A stretch of 64,000 nucleotides of DNA, from positions 62,001 through 126,000 of the forward strand of contig MU619282.1 of NCBI GenBank assembly GCA_025201805.1, written 5' to 3'. A program made the position numbers and the translations under genes. The number at the start of each line of letters is the position of its first letter. The first letter of the stretch is position 1. Source of the stretch: Parasitella parasitica NRRL 2501 (taxonomy: Eukaryota > Fungi > Mucoromycota). Of this stretch, positions 37,054 through 51,275 are shown piece after piece. Under the pieces are notes generated by a model. That model saw only the letters and a list, made by a program, of their open reading frames with translations, did not search any database and had not been told where the DNA came from.

Positions 37054-40000
37054 GGTCCCACTTTAATCTTTCGTTCCTGAATCAATGCTCCACCAAAAGC
37101 CACTGTAATGGACTGTTTAAAAAATAATTTTTTTTCTGGATGCATGTATAAAAGAAGGCGATGCATTCATTTTTCTAAACTTCTCTTTCTGATGACATTC
37201 ACAACATAAGTAAAAAGGTAAAGTAAAAATGAGAATGATGAGGCAGTATGAAAAAAAGGATTCGGATAAAAGCTGCTGATGATAATTTAAAGACATTTGC
37301 ACGTCAGTCTGATATTAATGAAGACCGAAAAGCTATACCCAAATTCCTGATAGACTTTAACAGAATCTTTTTTCAATATTCCTCTCATTTCTTATGATCT
37401 GTTATTTTAAAGTATGAAATTAATATATATGATTTTAGTTCTTTCGGCTTCTTCTTGGGCGTTAGTTAACTTTTTTTTAAATTTAGAAGTTATGTTGTAA
37501 TAAAACCTCCATTAATCATTCAATTCTGTAAATTAAATATGAGTAAACGTTTCCGTATGACACGGTTAATAGTATCTTTTTGTATTATTTCCTTTTATTA
37601 TTAACAAGATCCTGGACTTGGTACGTCTCTCGTTTGACACGTCAGCTTACCTACTAAGCTAATTTCTATCCCATCCATATGCTTTCGAAAAAAAGCAAAA
37701 AAACGATAGGTAAGATAAAGGCACTTTTGCAGCTTGACTATGTTTACAACTTATACAGAAGTTTTGTTTATAATTGTTAGCATTCAAGCTGGAAATAAAT
37801 TATATATTATGGCTCTTCCTCGTGGCTCCCCGCTCCATCAGTCACCTGTTGTGATCAACCGCATCACTCTGTTCCAAACATGAAACTTGCTTCAGAATAT
37901 TGGCTAGTAGTGTTGTAATTCATGATTTAGCTAAGCCATGAAGTAACTATTTAGACAACAATAGTGCTGAATTCATTTGAGCGTAGGCATTTATGCAATT
38001 TTACCATTAAACATGATTTTTAGTATGATGACTACTTAGAATATATATGTATGCAGCTAGCAGATATATTGCACCAACGATAACCTCCGGCGTATTGCTA
38101 TTAAACGTTGCCACACCGGTATATACACTTGTTATTGTTATTGATGCGAAAAGCTTGAACTCTGCAAAGTGGCTAAAAATATAGTCTATATAGTGTGTAT
38201 CCAGGAAAAAAAGAACCACTAGTAATAGTGCCTTGAGGTACATTTATGTAATTTGAGTAACCCAAACAATCAATAAACAAAAATTAAACTGATCTACCAT
38301 TCAGTCTAATTTAGTTGAAAGAAAGGGGTGATTTGGTATGCATATCTTCAACAAAAATATGGTGGTTCTTTCAACTTTACATGAAACTTCAATCAAGATT
38401 ACTGCTATGCAATGTATGAATATATCTCCACGTTTGTTTGATCCTCATCTTATATATATGTTTGTGCTAATAGGCGCTAAAAATAACATATGCGCTCACA
38501 CAAATGCATTATACATACGGCAAGACCATCATCGTACATATAGTTTGAGGCATTTTTAATGAAAATATGCCAAGTGATTCAAACAAAGATTCCACCTGAT
38601 TATACCAAGAGCGTAAATACTTGTAGGTGGTATCATCCCAGTAGTATACATATTGATGGCATATACATAATTCATATTGCTGAATAAGTTTTGTCAAAAG
38701 TATAATATAGTTACGTATTGAACAGTGATATTGAGTTTATTTATCTATCTACAAGTGTCAATATCCGCATACATCTGCAGCGATCTGCATTTCTTAAACA
38801 AGCAATGTGGGTGTCAACATGCTAAATGTCTCGACATAAGGTGTTGATTAGCAATAGTAGAAAGTGAACGCTTTTAACGTTATTTTCAAAAGATTCCAAT
38901 CGTTACCTATACATCAATGTAGTAGATAGCTGTTTTTCCACATAATATAGTAGAACTTTAACGCCTTGATAAATACTACAATGTTTTTCTATGCTAAACA
39001 TCTATGCTCAATATAAAACTGCAATTATTTTCTCTATGTCAGACAAACCACATGAGTATTTGCTAGGAGTACAAGGCAAAAAAAAAAAAAAAAAAAGGTT
39101 CATTCTTGGAATATGTCTACATTCTTATTAAATGTGGTCGGTAGATGCTTATGATACTTGAAACTATGGTATAATAATCTGATAAAGAAACTATTATTGT
39201 ATCTATTTAGTTTAGTGTTTTACGCGGCCAATTTCAACTTGCCATTCAGTCGACATAGAAAACAATGGCATTGATAGTGTTTTATTTAAAGATTAAAAAG
39301 TTCATTGATAATTTATTTTTAGTACATCTTTACACAATCAATCTCCAGTATTCATATCAGGATGCCAAAATAAGGGAGATCCTTTTCTTTTTTGGCAAAG
39401 CTAGACACAAGTACATTTTGTCTATTTAGAATAGAACTTTCCATTTAGATAAAGATTCGTCAAAAAAGTTCTTTGAGTCAAAGTAATGATTTGCAGATAC
39501 ATGTACCTGGTTAATTGTAGTCATACAAATAAAGCATCATTCTGTTTGCATGCTGTAATAATGTGATTTACAATATGATTTCAAGGATTCATTTATGTGT
39601 TGCTAGTTTCCTCGTCATACAGACGCAGAGCTTACTGAGATTTAAACCGTGAGCATATATTGTTGTCTGCGTAAATTACAAGTACAAAATGGCATTTCAT
39701 GTTTATCGGTAAAAACATACAGCCATTCCAGAATAGATATTCACAACGACCTTTTAAAGGAAACCAAAAGAGTGGTTTCGCGTGAGAGATAATGGGGTTC
39801 TGCTTATTGGCTCCTGGAGTATAACTCCTTTAGTGCATATTTATACATCATTTCCTGAATAAACTTTAGACCCTTCCAGCTAGCAAATCCGAAACATTTC
39901 GTTTAATGAACATTGGTCCTCAAAAACACACTTTATCCGACTAATCTCATCCAGTCCGACCAACCCGCTAAAACCCGTAACACAAAACTTTTTTTGATCA

Positions 40001-40159
40001 TTTAGTATAAATACAGAGATGTTCTTTCAAGATTTCCCAATCTAATTAATTGCCTCTCTTCCTCTTCTACTCTTGTTGTATAAATACCCCACTCTTTCTT
40101 ATTTCTTGCCAACATTTTCAATTGCAAATTTTCAAGACTGGATACATCTTAGCTTCAAA

Positions 40160-41770
40160 ATGGCTTCCTTAACATTTGCAAATACCCAAGAGCAATATTT
40201 TGAGAATGAAAGCAGCTATCTTTCTTCCGGGCAATACTTTACAGATGATCCTATTCCCAGATCGGAATCTCCAGACTGTATCGAAATTATCCCAACTCAT
40301 TCTCATGATACGAAATGCCCTTCACTCACTAATGGCTGCAGAGAAGGTTCAAACGATACGATTTCTTCTTCGTCATCGTCCATCACAAATTCGCCATCAA
40401 CGCCAGTGCCTCCTGAAATCAAGGTCGACACTGCAAAGCCTATTCCTGTAAAGAAAAGCACCAAAAAGCTTGGCAGTGTATTCGCTAGCGGTGGTCTCTT
40501 TGGTAGCCTCAAAATGACACCGGCCTCTGCATCTCCCAACGACTCAGTCCTTGGTTCACCCACTGATGTTCACAGAAGAAGACAAAGTGGACAGTCTTCG
40601 ATCCATAGTTCAACCAGCTCTGTTGGTAGCACTGCTAGCAAACTCGGCAAGTCTTTCTCTCGTATGATGTCTTCCTCCTTTAAAAAGACCCCGCAAGATA
40701 TGACCTGTGGGTCATTGGGCGTTGTTCCTTTGTTATCTGATAAGTACGGCGATTACGTTAAGCCGGAACATCGTTCCACCAAAGGAATGGGCTCTACTTC
40801 CAAGAAAAATATCGCTAGTGGTGCAACTGCTGTAATCCGCTTGGTGCGACAAAGAGCAGGTGGCCGTATTTTGGCCGTCAAGGAATTCAAAAAACGTGAA
40901 AGATGTGAAGCTGAACAGGATTACCAGAAACGCATGCTGAATGAATACTGTATCAGCAAATCTGCCTCCAATTGTCCTCACATTGTCAATACACTTGACT
41001 TGGTCAAAGATGAAAAAAGTCGTTGGTGCGTCGTAATGGAATATTGCGCTGGTGGTGATGTATTCAACTTGCTACATGAAAAACCTCACATGGCTCCTGA
41101 TGATATCGCTTGCTTATTCAAACAGCTTGTGTTGGGCTTGCAGCACCTTCATAAACTCGGCATTGCGCATCGCGATATCAAGCCTGAAAACTTGGTCCTG
41201 ACTTCGACTGGTACTCTTAAAATTGCTGATTTTGGTGTTGCGGACGTGGTTCAGACTTGCTTTGAAAAGGATGGCCATTCTTGCACCAAATGGTGTGGCT
41301 CTGAACCCTTTTGGTCACCCGAGATGTGGAACATTAAAGATGATAAAAGTCCATATGATGGTAAAGCTCTTGATGTTTGGAGTGCTGCTGTCACCTATTT
41401 CTGCATTCGTTTCCAACAACTGCCTTTCACTGCATCCTTCTTCACGGGTCGTCCTGGTGGTAAGCCTCCTCAAGGGTCTATGGTTGGCTCGCCTGCTGCT
41501 GTGTCTGCCCAAGCCGAAGATGGCGGTGATTTTGATTACAAGCGCTATATTGAGCAACGCCAAAAGCTAGAACCAAGTGATTGCGATCTTTTCAAGAACT
41601 TTACTCAACCAGAGCGTGAGTGTCTCGCTGGTATGATGGACCCTAACCCTAAGACTCGTTGGACCATTGAACAAGTTTTGGCCTGCCCTTGGTTGTCTGA
41701 TTTTGAAGTTTGCCAAGATGGTAAACTGAGCAACGGTTATAACCATACTCATTGTATTCCATCAAAATAG
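40160..41770 (+). CDS. HAL/NPR-family Ser/Thr kinase, intronless
   Basis: IASGATAVIRLV, AVKEFKK, NEYCIS, VMEYCAGGD, HRDIKPEN, DFG, CGSEPFWSPE; Ser-rich N-terminus. Confidence 0.9.
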   Translation: MASLTFANTQEQYFENESSYLSSGQYFTDDPIPRSESPDCIEIIPTHSHDTKCPSLTNGCREGSNDTISSSSSSITNSPSTPVPPEIKVDTAKPIPVKKSTKKLGSVFASGGLFGSLKMTPASASPNDSVLGSPTDVHRRRQSGQSSIHSSTSSVGSTASKLGKSFSRMMSSSFKKTPQDMTCGSLGVVPLLSDKYGDYVKPEHRSTKGMGSTSKKNIASGATAVIRLVRQRAGGRILAVKEFKKRERCEAEQDYQKRMLNEYCISKSASNCPHIVNTLDLVKDEKSRWCVVMEYCAGGDVFNLLHEKPHMAPDDIACLFKQLVLGLQHLHKLGIAHRDIKPENLVLTSTGTLKIADFGVADVVQTCFEKDGHSCTKWCGSEPFWSPEMWNIKDDKSPYDGKALDVWSAAVTYFCIRFQQLPFTASFFTGRPGGKPPQGSMVGSPAAVSAQAEDGGDFDYKRYIEQRQKLEPSDCDLFKNFTQPERECLAGMMDPNPKTRWTIEQVLACPWLSDFEVCQDGKLSNGYNHTHCIPSK

Positions 41771-42393
41771 ACCTTGTCTCCCTTGTATTTACTGTATTTT
41801 TTTCGTGTACCATATCCCCCTTTTTGACTCTTGTAAAATAATAAAGCGTTTTGCGTTGTATCATGTATATGATGATTTCTTTTTTTTTTTTTCCAACTTC
41901 TTGTGTCACCTTTTCTCTGATACAAAGCCAATGATAATTCATGAACTATCAACATGTTTGTTGCTACAAAATGGAAACTGAAGAATAGATTAACCTTCTT
42001 CTTTTTTTGGTATTAGGTAATATAATTCACCACACACACTCCCACGATCTTGTATTGTCTGATTATTGAGAACTTTAAAATCTCAAAAGGAAATAACTGT
42101 TAAACGATGAACTGCTGAGCAACGCTATTCTCTCATCTGTGCAACTAAAATATCTGTCAATCAAGATGTAAAATTCCCGTAATGCCTAAATATGGACAAA
42201 ATCATTGTACTTTTGATTCTTCTTGCTAGGTTTTTATACTACCGTATTCAAGCCAATTTAGTCGGGATATTTACTTTGGTTTCTTTGTGGCACTTTCCAG
42301 CAGTAATATACTCGGATTTTACTGTATCAGAGCAAAAAGGTACGTACACGAAATCATAATTTAGACATTCCACTAAAACAAGAACTTTTTATG

Positions 42394-42394
<1 letters not shown>

Positions 42395-42459
<65 letters not shown>
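42395..42459. repeat. poly(T) tract, 65 nt
   Basis: Direct reading. Confidence 0.9.
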
Positions 42460-42554
42460 CGCTTTTGTAAGCCATGCATTATATGGAAGGGATCGTTTAT
42501 TTGGCAGTAATGTAAATATTTTCCTATTCTCCTTCGATGAGAGTGTGTACAGGA

Positions 42555-45500
42555 CTACGCATGAAGTGATAGCCAAATCTGGGGGTCTTCGACGCCCAGC
42601 AACTTTTCGACACATGCAGCAGCTTCATTCAACTCTTGGGTAAATATAAAAGATGCTACCGAGTATGCGCAGTAACTTGGGTAAGTATCATTTTGAACTT
42701 GCTCTGGGTGCATGGCGACGACAGCACATAGCTTTTGTGATAGTTTCTCTTTCAAATCATTGGGCGATATTAAATAAGGAGGTAGAGGTGCTTTGGCGAG
42801 CAATGTAGCAGACAGTTGGCGCATGATTGTTAAGAGACATGCAACATAGTCCAGCTTTTCTTCGTCCAAGGCGCGGATTAAGCGAACTCTCCAACTTCCA
42901 TCCATGTACCGAGAGGTATAGGCCATCCCTTCAAGCAGATCAGCCATGTTGTTGAGTTTTTCGATCAAAAGTTGGTAGGTCTTGAACGGAAACTTGCCTT
43001 TTAAAGGCGGCTCGAGCTTGGAAAGTTTAAGGTATGTTTGCTCATCTTTTAACTGGCGTTGCAGATGAACTGTGAGTTGGTTGAATGCTCTTGTCTGATT
43101 TGGAGTTGCCGAAGATCCGTTTGGAGTGTCATGATTTGATAAAATACCTGCGAAAATAATGCCGTAAAGCACACTCATGTCGTAAAATGTTCGAGCTATT
43201 CGTTTACGAAGCTCTAGTCTGCCAGTAACAGGACGAGGAATCAAGTTAATAAGAAAAGAGCCTACAATACCTAGCACAATATACATCATACGCTACAATT
43301 TGCGAGTCAATATATTGTAATTGTGAAAATATGACTCTTAGAAATCTTTTACCTTTCCTGCTGCAATTTCAATGACATTAGTTTGGTCACCTCCGGCAAG
43401 AGATATTTGATAGCCGGTAGTGATAATCTAAATAGGAATAGGGTTAGTTTATACCGATAAATAACCTTATATTGGCGTTTACCATCAAATAAGCATACTG
43501 AGTCATTACAGAAAAGAAGCTGTACGCTGGATTGGTAAAGAAAACATAATGGAATGGGGGCATAACAACAAATGTAAGTACAGCAAGACCATATGGATTT
43601 CCTCTTGCAATTTCAAAGACAATGATACTCAAAACACCACCGCATATTGTCCCCAAAAGACCAAACGCTAAGCTGAAGGATTAAATAGTTGGTAAGACAA
43701 ACGAAATGCTACATAGATATGTAGTAACTAACGTGAAATTGAACATGCCAGCCATAGGTATCATCCACATGAGTAAAGTATTGGCGACCCATTGACCACC
43801 CCATCCGGTAAACCAACCTACACTTTGAGGGAGATACGCAGGAATGGAAAGAAGTATAAACCCGGCAGCTGTCTTGAAAGCAAAGATGGTCTCCATACTG
43901 TAAATCCAATCGAAAAATTTGCTTAATTGATAGAAGAATTTCTCTCTGACTGTAACTGGCGCATCTACATCTGGATCTCGAGGACATGGTTTATCAGTTT
44001 GATTCATGGCACAGACATAAGCGTTTTCTTCCTCTTCTTCATCAAACTTTGATGTCGTTTGTTGCTTGCTCATTTGCGTAAGGCCTAATTCGCTATCCTG
44101 TTCTCTGCCAAAGTCTTTTTCATCTGTACTGCTTCCACCGTATAAACTGCTCTCAGCAATAGATATGCGAGAGTTGATTTGTCCACCTAGTTGTGCTTTA
44201 TCGCTAACAGACGGTTTAAGCCATCTTCTCAAAGACATTTTAGGAAACCAGAATTTTCTCTGCTTCGGCCTTGTCGCATCCAGCTTTTCGAAAAGTGCTG
44301 TCAGCGACTGAATGCTGTTTGCAAACCCCAACAGGTTGAACTGAAATAAATAGGCAACTTGTTGTGTCATATCTTGCTTGGTGGTATTCTCATATCGCCA
44401 GTTTTGAGTTGCGTTTTCAAAGGCGGATATAAAGGGTTCCATATGCTCAGAAAGCATGTTGTATTGGATCTCGGCAGCAGGTTTGGAAACAAAAAGTCGA
44501 GGAAACGGCCATAAGATAGTGCTTTTCAATGAGCGAGGTCTTTCTTTGAATGTGTCAACTCTCAAACTGCATTCTTTCAATGCCGTGGTGCATGCATGAA
44601 TTAAATTGTCGGTAGCCCTTTCTAATTCAGTGCTGACATGTGTTTGCTCTGTTCTTCGGTCACCCCCAACAGCAGTTTCCTGTTTACATAATAAACTGAC
44701 GCCTATTCCATGAAGTGGAGTACGCATTTCTTTTACTTTTTGCGTGACATGGCGAATATCATATTGTGAAAGTCTGCTATAAAATACAATGAATTCGGCA
44801 TTATGCTGACTATCTACTAATCTAATGAGTGCACCCTGCAGTTTTGTGCGCAATTTCGAAAACGAAGGTCTTTTGTCTATCTCCAGCAACTGGTTTGCTT
44901 TGAACGATTCTGCCGTTTCTTGGTAGAACTTACAGTAATCTTGTAACGTTTGATCCAGCACTTGAAAATAATGCGTCGCACTGTCTTCAGGCCATAAAAA
45001 GACATTGACCATGAATGAAATGGCCGATGCAAATAGTAAGGGTTTGAAAAAATTCAACTGATAGGCATAATAGAGATGCATGGATAATCACTTAGTCATC
45101 TGTTACACGATACGGCTTGCGCCTCCTCTTTCATGATACTTACCGTGATACTGGTCTGAAATCCAGGAGTAGAAGCGTTTACAGTGAGAGAAAACTAGCA
45201 AATAAATGAGCAACTTGTTATAATGCGAGCCTTTATAATACCTACAGAGCCAATCATGCCGGCAAAGATGGTAGCAAAATAAACTATCATGTCAATTTGT
45301 CATTACAAGACGATCAACGAGTGAGCGCATCCAGACACTTACTTTGGGGGTATTTAGTTCTAACGTATGCAATGACAAAAATCAATACAGTACAGAATAC
45401 AGCAGACACTGCGCTTGATGCTGGCTGTATGGGATTATCTATAGCTGGATCTCTAGCAAGATTAGCAACATAATTGCCCAACAAGCACCACGCAGCACCT

Positions 45501-45900
45501 ATCGAGGCACTAAGCACTCCTTGAATTGTCAGCTAATAGAGAATCAAAATAGATGAGTGATTTTTTTTTTTTTTTTGGTGGACCTAACAGCCTTACTTTT
45601 ATCTGTGTCCCTGTACCATAAAAGAGCAACGTTTGTTATTTTTGACCATTTGGTTAGCATTTCAAAACACATACCAATAGGTTTGACAGGAAAGTACAGT
45701 AGAGTGCCTAATGTGACCAGTGTACTGGCAGTTCCAATCGAAGCTCTAGTGTCATTTACTAGCACAAAGATAAGGCTCACTAATGTGGCAACGGTGGCTT
45801 TTAATGTTGTCCTTATTGCTGGCAATGGTGGTATCTTTGATTTGACTTTAGCAAGGAAAGTATCAGACTTTTTGTCTAAAGAAATCGATGAGTCAAACAT
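42555..45900 (-). CDS. ArAE/FUSC-family membrane transporter (Bre4/YGL140C-like), multi-exon
   Basis: N-terminal TM block (TTLKATVA...YFPVKP), FAFKTAAG..LSIPAY...GQW, GTICGG, PRPVTGRLELRKRIA, EPPLKGKFP, PLPPYL. Confidence 0.85.
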
Positions 45901-46256
45901 ACGCAGATCAAAGGATGTTTACCGCCGTACTGATCAATGTTGAGACATCGTTCATTTTTCCAGTTGATCTTTACGAGAAAGAAAAAGGAAGCAGAAAAAA
46001 AAAGGGATTGGGATGATTACCATTGCTCGATGTGACGGAGGTTTCATCATGCACATGCACATACAAACAGCATGGTCGCTGACAATAAGATTATTAAACG
46101 CTGCCTATCTGGTCGTACCAGATCTTGCAGCCTCATATTATATCACGTTAAAAAAGGTTCAAGCGGAGACATGGCTTATGTAAGAAATCCCGGTCTTATA
46201 ATATACCTCATTAAAGAGGTGTAGCTTTCTATCCTTCTTTCTTTCAAAGGAACACA

Positions 46257-47554
46257 ATGTCAAATAGCCGCGTATTCAAGCTGTACGTAGTATTTGTGTA
46301 TAGTAAACATGTCTTGTAGCTGATGTGATTTGCTGCCATAGAAATACAGGTGCAACTATCCCTTCCATTGGATTAGGTACTTGGAGATCCCAACCTGAAC
46401 AAGTTTATGATGCTGTCAAAACAGCAATCGAGGCAGGGTAATCTACGCAATTGTCGCATTGTAGCCCTGCACGTTTTACCCTTTTTATTTATTGTAGTTA
46501 CCGACACATTGATACCGCATTTGTTTGTAAGCTTGCCGTTTACTTGTTCAAACGGTGATTTCACCACTAATAGAAGAGATGTTTGTGATATTAGATGGAA
46601 ATGAAAAGGAGGTAGGACAAGCTATCAAAGACAGTGGTGTTTCCCGGCAAGAGCTATTCGTTACTACAAAATTATGGAATACATGCCATCGACCTGACCT
46701 TGTTAAAGCGGCATTCGAGAAATCACTCGAGAACCTCCAATTAGAGTATATTGACCTTTATTTGATGCACTGGCCGGTATCATTCCAGCCTGCTGATGTG
46801 AAACAACCAAGAGGAGAAGACGGTGTCATTCTACTGGATGACACACATTTTAGTGCTACTTATGCAGTAAGTAAAAGAAACAGTGTGGACATTCTGGCTG
46901 TTGACTATTGCGCTTTGCACCCAGGAAATGGAGAAACTTGTAGGGGGGAAACTGCGAGCCATCGGTGTCAGCAATTTTGACATCCAACATTTAGAGAAAT
47001 TGGCAACTACTGCCAAAATCCCCCCTGCTGTTAACCAGGTTGAATTGCATCCTTATTTGCCACAGAAAGAATTGGTTGATTATTGTCAGAAGCATGATAT
47101 TTTAGGTAAAAATGGTCAAATTGAGCCACATGCATCCTAGAACTAAAATAGAATCTTTACGTACAGTTGAAGCTTACTCACCCCTTGGAAGCAGCGACTC
47201 TCCTTTAATGAAAAATGAAGCCATTGTAAGCATTCACGCTTGCATATGCGTATAAAGAAGGTACTTAGAATGTTGACATAGACTGAAATTGCCAGCAAGT
47301 ACAATGCTACTGCTGCCCAGATTTTGATTGCGTGGGGCGTTAAACGAGGATATGCAGTTTTGCCCAAATCAGTAACAGCATCCAGAATTATATCCAATTT
47401 GCAGGATGTTTGTCTGGAGCCCGATGATTTTGATGCCATCAATGAGTTGATTGAACATCGTCCTACTTGCAGGTTAGGCGATCCCTATCTATCTTGGGAT
47501 GTCGATGTATTTGGTCTTCATCCAGGAGAAGAAAAAGTTAAATATAGCGTCTAG
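46257..47554 (+). CDS. aldo-keto reductase (Gcy1/Ypr1-like), multi-exon
   Basis: IPSIGLGTW, GYRHIDTA, LFVTTKLW, YIDLYLMHWP, RAIGVSNF, VNQVELHPYL, VLPKSVT. Confidence 0.95.
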
Positions 47555-47861
47555 TTTATTGTGATTTTAAGGAAAGATTATGTGCAGTATGGATTAAAAA
47601 AAAAAAACATTGAAAGGAAGGAAATTTTTACAGCTGTATATATAACGAATGTGAGGGGATGATACAAAATTGGGCATAGAGAAGAATATCAAGTAATAGT
47701 GGAGGTAATATAGGGTGTAACATTGTAATACAGTAGCAAGTGGCAGTAGTATAGTAAAAGTAGTAGTACAGAATTGTAAGTATGGCAAAACGATGGTTAT
47801 GGATAAATGTTGATGTACACAAGTATAAAGGGTATTAATGTGGTTATATGATTAAGCTGAA

Positions 47862-49082
47862 TCAGCACTGTTGTTTGCTATACAACCAAGAGTGTGTCTA
47901 AAAATATAGAGCCTTGTCAACAACATTGAAATTGATCCTGCATGAACAGAGAATATACACATACCTTGACATCTTGAATCGCAATGCGGTTTTCTGGATT
48001 CTTTTCGAGTAATTTGTCGATCAAGTCCTTCAAAGAAGAGTCGATATCATCAGAATGCTCAACACTAACAGGGCGTTAATAACAATGGTTGTGGGATCTA
48101 AATGCAAGCATACATACGCCTTGTTCTGGATGTCACCGTATAAATCCATCAAGCTCGACCTTTCAAAAGGCAATCGTCCATATACAAGACAGTAAAGCGT
48201 GACTCCCATGGACCATAGATCGGCACATGTAGGAGATGTCGTTGACTCTTGTTGCCGTCTCGCAGCTATTAGTCATTATAAAGGAGCTTTAAAAAACGAG
48301 TTGTTTTTAGTCGAGTATAATAACAATTACCTCTTTTTAATAATTCAGGGGCCATAAATGCAGGAGAACCAACGCTGCTGCTTGTAGAGCTGAGCTTATC
48401 TGTGATACAAGTGGCGTTACCGAAATCGATCAATTTGACAATGTTGTTGTTTGACATAACTAGATTCTGAGGCTTGATATCTCTGTGTACTATGCGATTC
48501 GAATGCACTGTACACACTGTGAGTATGTGACATGTTTATCAATGGTTAAACCAACTTACAGTGCTCAACAGCATTCACTAATTGCGAGAATATTACACGG
48601 CATTGATCTTCAGGAATTGGCTTTGTGACGGAATGAGGCGTGACATCCATCACAATGCCTTTTTCTGCAAGTTCGGTAACTATAAATATGGAATCTTCAT
48701 TTTCAGGATCGTTATCAATGACTTGAACAAACTGAATGATGTTTGGATGCGCAGGTAGTTGTTTTAAAATCTCAATTTCTTCAATTCCTACATGTTCTTG
48801 GTCCAGTTTGCGTTTCTTTGATTCGGGATAAAGCGGCCTTCTGCTAATAGCCAACTGAGATTGGCGATATTGACGTTCAAGTCGAGATTTGCTCATTTCT
48901 TTAATGGCAAACCTCTTGTTAGTTGTTGCTTCGACAGCTAAATGAACCATGCATGATGCTCCTTGACCGATCTGATGTATTAAAGTGTATCGGCCATTAT
49001 CGATTTGACGTTTATTCAAGTTAGATTTCGGTTGCTTCCAACGACGACGAAGCTGTAAAGGGGCGTGAAACCAGCGAGTCAT
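47862..49082 (-). CDS. compact CAMKK-family Ser/Thr kinase, multi-exon
   Basis: IGQGASCMV, FAIKEMSK plus basic insert, EIEILK, HRDIKPQN, DFG, VGSPAFMAPE, DLWSMGVTLYCLVYGRLPF. Confidence 0.85.
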
Positions 49083-51275
49083 TTTTTTTTACGAGTGATA
49101 TGAGAGCAAAGAAGAAGAGAAATAGATCGAAATCCTTCTTTATATATATAACACTGTATGTAAAATCTATAATTATCACTTGTTGGCGTATCAAAGGGGA
49201 CCAGTAAAACTCCTAATTCTTGGCTTTTCTGTTTATGTGTTATGCCTCCCCTCCCCCCATCTTTTCACTATCTCTCGAATTCATCATATGTTCGCCACGC
49301 GGTTGTTTTTTTTGCTATATAGGCTTTTTTTCCATATCAGGGTCGGTTCCGACATAAACAAAAAATAAATAACTATTTTTATCATTTGAAAAAGGTACAC
49401 AGACCTTGAATTCTGTATGCAACATCACGTATCTCTTTGCATATCCTGTAGTGTCGTATGTTTTAAACAAAATCATACATAACATAGCCCTACAAAAGCG
49501 TTGGTGACACAAAACACTTGGAAGGAGTGAGGTCCAAGAGATGTGCCAATACAACCAATAAAACAATCAGCTGTATAATACATGTGTCTTGAAAATGGGG
49601 TTAATTAAGCACAAAAAGTTATGTAGTAATGCTCTATGGCACTAGATTTTACTGGATCTAGCAGAAATATATATATTTTCTATCAATACCTTTTACAAAC
49701 GACAAGGCCTACTTGGCACAATGATATGTAAAATCTAGTTTTTGACAGATATCATGCTCCGATCTTCGTAGATTACCTATTTTCACATGTCATTGTATGT
49801 ATATATTAAACACCCTAATTTACTTCATATTATTGATATTAAAAATCTCCTTGTAAAAACCCCAATTAACGAAATGTTTGTTCCTGAGATGATTCGTTGA
49901 AACAAAGCGATGAAACCTCGAGTTTTCTCCTAAAAATTCTAGCTCCAAGGGAACCAGCCTTAGAGTTGAATCATGTAGACACATCTGTCTCGGCTATATC
50001 ATCGAATTGGTCGATTTTTTGAGTTATACATATAATAAATACATCATACAATGTTGATGTCTGTAACAATACATTGGGACGCTATCATAACTCAATTTGT
50101 ATAGATACACGACAAAATCATTATTGGCGACACCAATCTGCGTATGATAGCTGTGCAATGCGCTTGGAAACGAAATTTATTATATGATAATTTATTGTAT
50201 CGCTGAACATTTGCTCTAATGCATTAAAATCACATGGAAAAGACAAATCCCATTTTACTTATATTTGTGCTTCGTTTTTGAGCTTTTTGTCTCAAAGCCC
50301 AGGTCACCATACAAAGCATATTGATCTCCATGTTCTAATTTGAAATATATATTCATCTCTCTTTGTATATTTTGGCTTGAAGTGGCATCAACTGAAGCTT
50401 CAAGCAAGAATAAGGCAAAAAGATTTCATTTGCATGCTCGCAAGTAAAAGGACGCTCACTATGATGGTGTATAGATTATGGACACTTTATGTACGTATTC
50501 ATCTAAGAATTAACATGTATGCCCTGTGATGATGTCGCGTCAACTTTGGGGCACAAGCGGCATGTTTATTTCTTAGATTTTTGCTATTTGTGTTATTTTT
50601 ATGAAATGCCTTATGTCTTTAGTATACATGTATTTCCAATGCATAGACAAACATCAAATTAAAGCAATGAAAATGAAATGTGATGATTATGGATATTTTT
50701 GAAATACTGGTTTGGCCAACTCTGTGCGATACAGTGCTGTACGTATTATGTCTGGCTAAAACATGCATCGCGATATTTTACAATAGCAATTAGCTCTGCT
50801 TCATTCATCATGCTTATTAACTTTATATGGGTAGATTGAGGTTGGATGCAGCAGTTGCGCGCTAAACAGCTGTGGCACATGTAGGATAATAGTTTTAGCT
50901 AATGAGCGTACATCCGTTCTGTCTCACCATCGTGTTTTGCCGTTTTGCTTGTATAATACAACACAGGCGTACACTTTTACACGTTTTATAAATAAGTATA
51001 TGTATCTGACATTCGCATGTAAAATGCGTTACAGACCTAGATTATATAGCAATACACGGCAGCTAAACATTACCGTGCAACCACCAACGTTGATGTATGG
51101 CAAGGCAGAAAATCAACAACAAATATTGGGTAAAGGCATATGGACATTCTGAATCAAGTTACACAGATAGCAAACTGTGTTTTTGAAATTCTATAGAAAA
51201 ATTATAATTATGTTTATTATATAGCAGAGTTCATAAAGTTACAGATAATAATAATACAAGCATTGTAGGCTCAAG

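Noticed and set aside
11051-42459. Long poly(T) tracts as retrotransposon tails
   Set aside because: No adjacent element body or target duplication; two tracts are both exactly 65 nt, suggesting the lengths are assembly-limited
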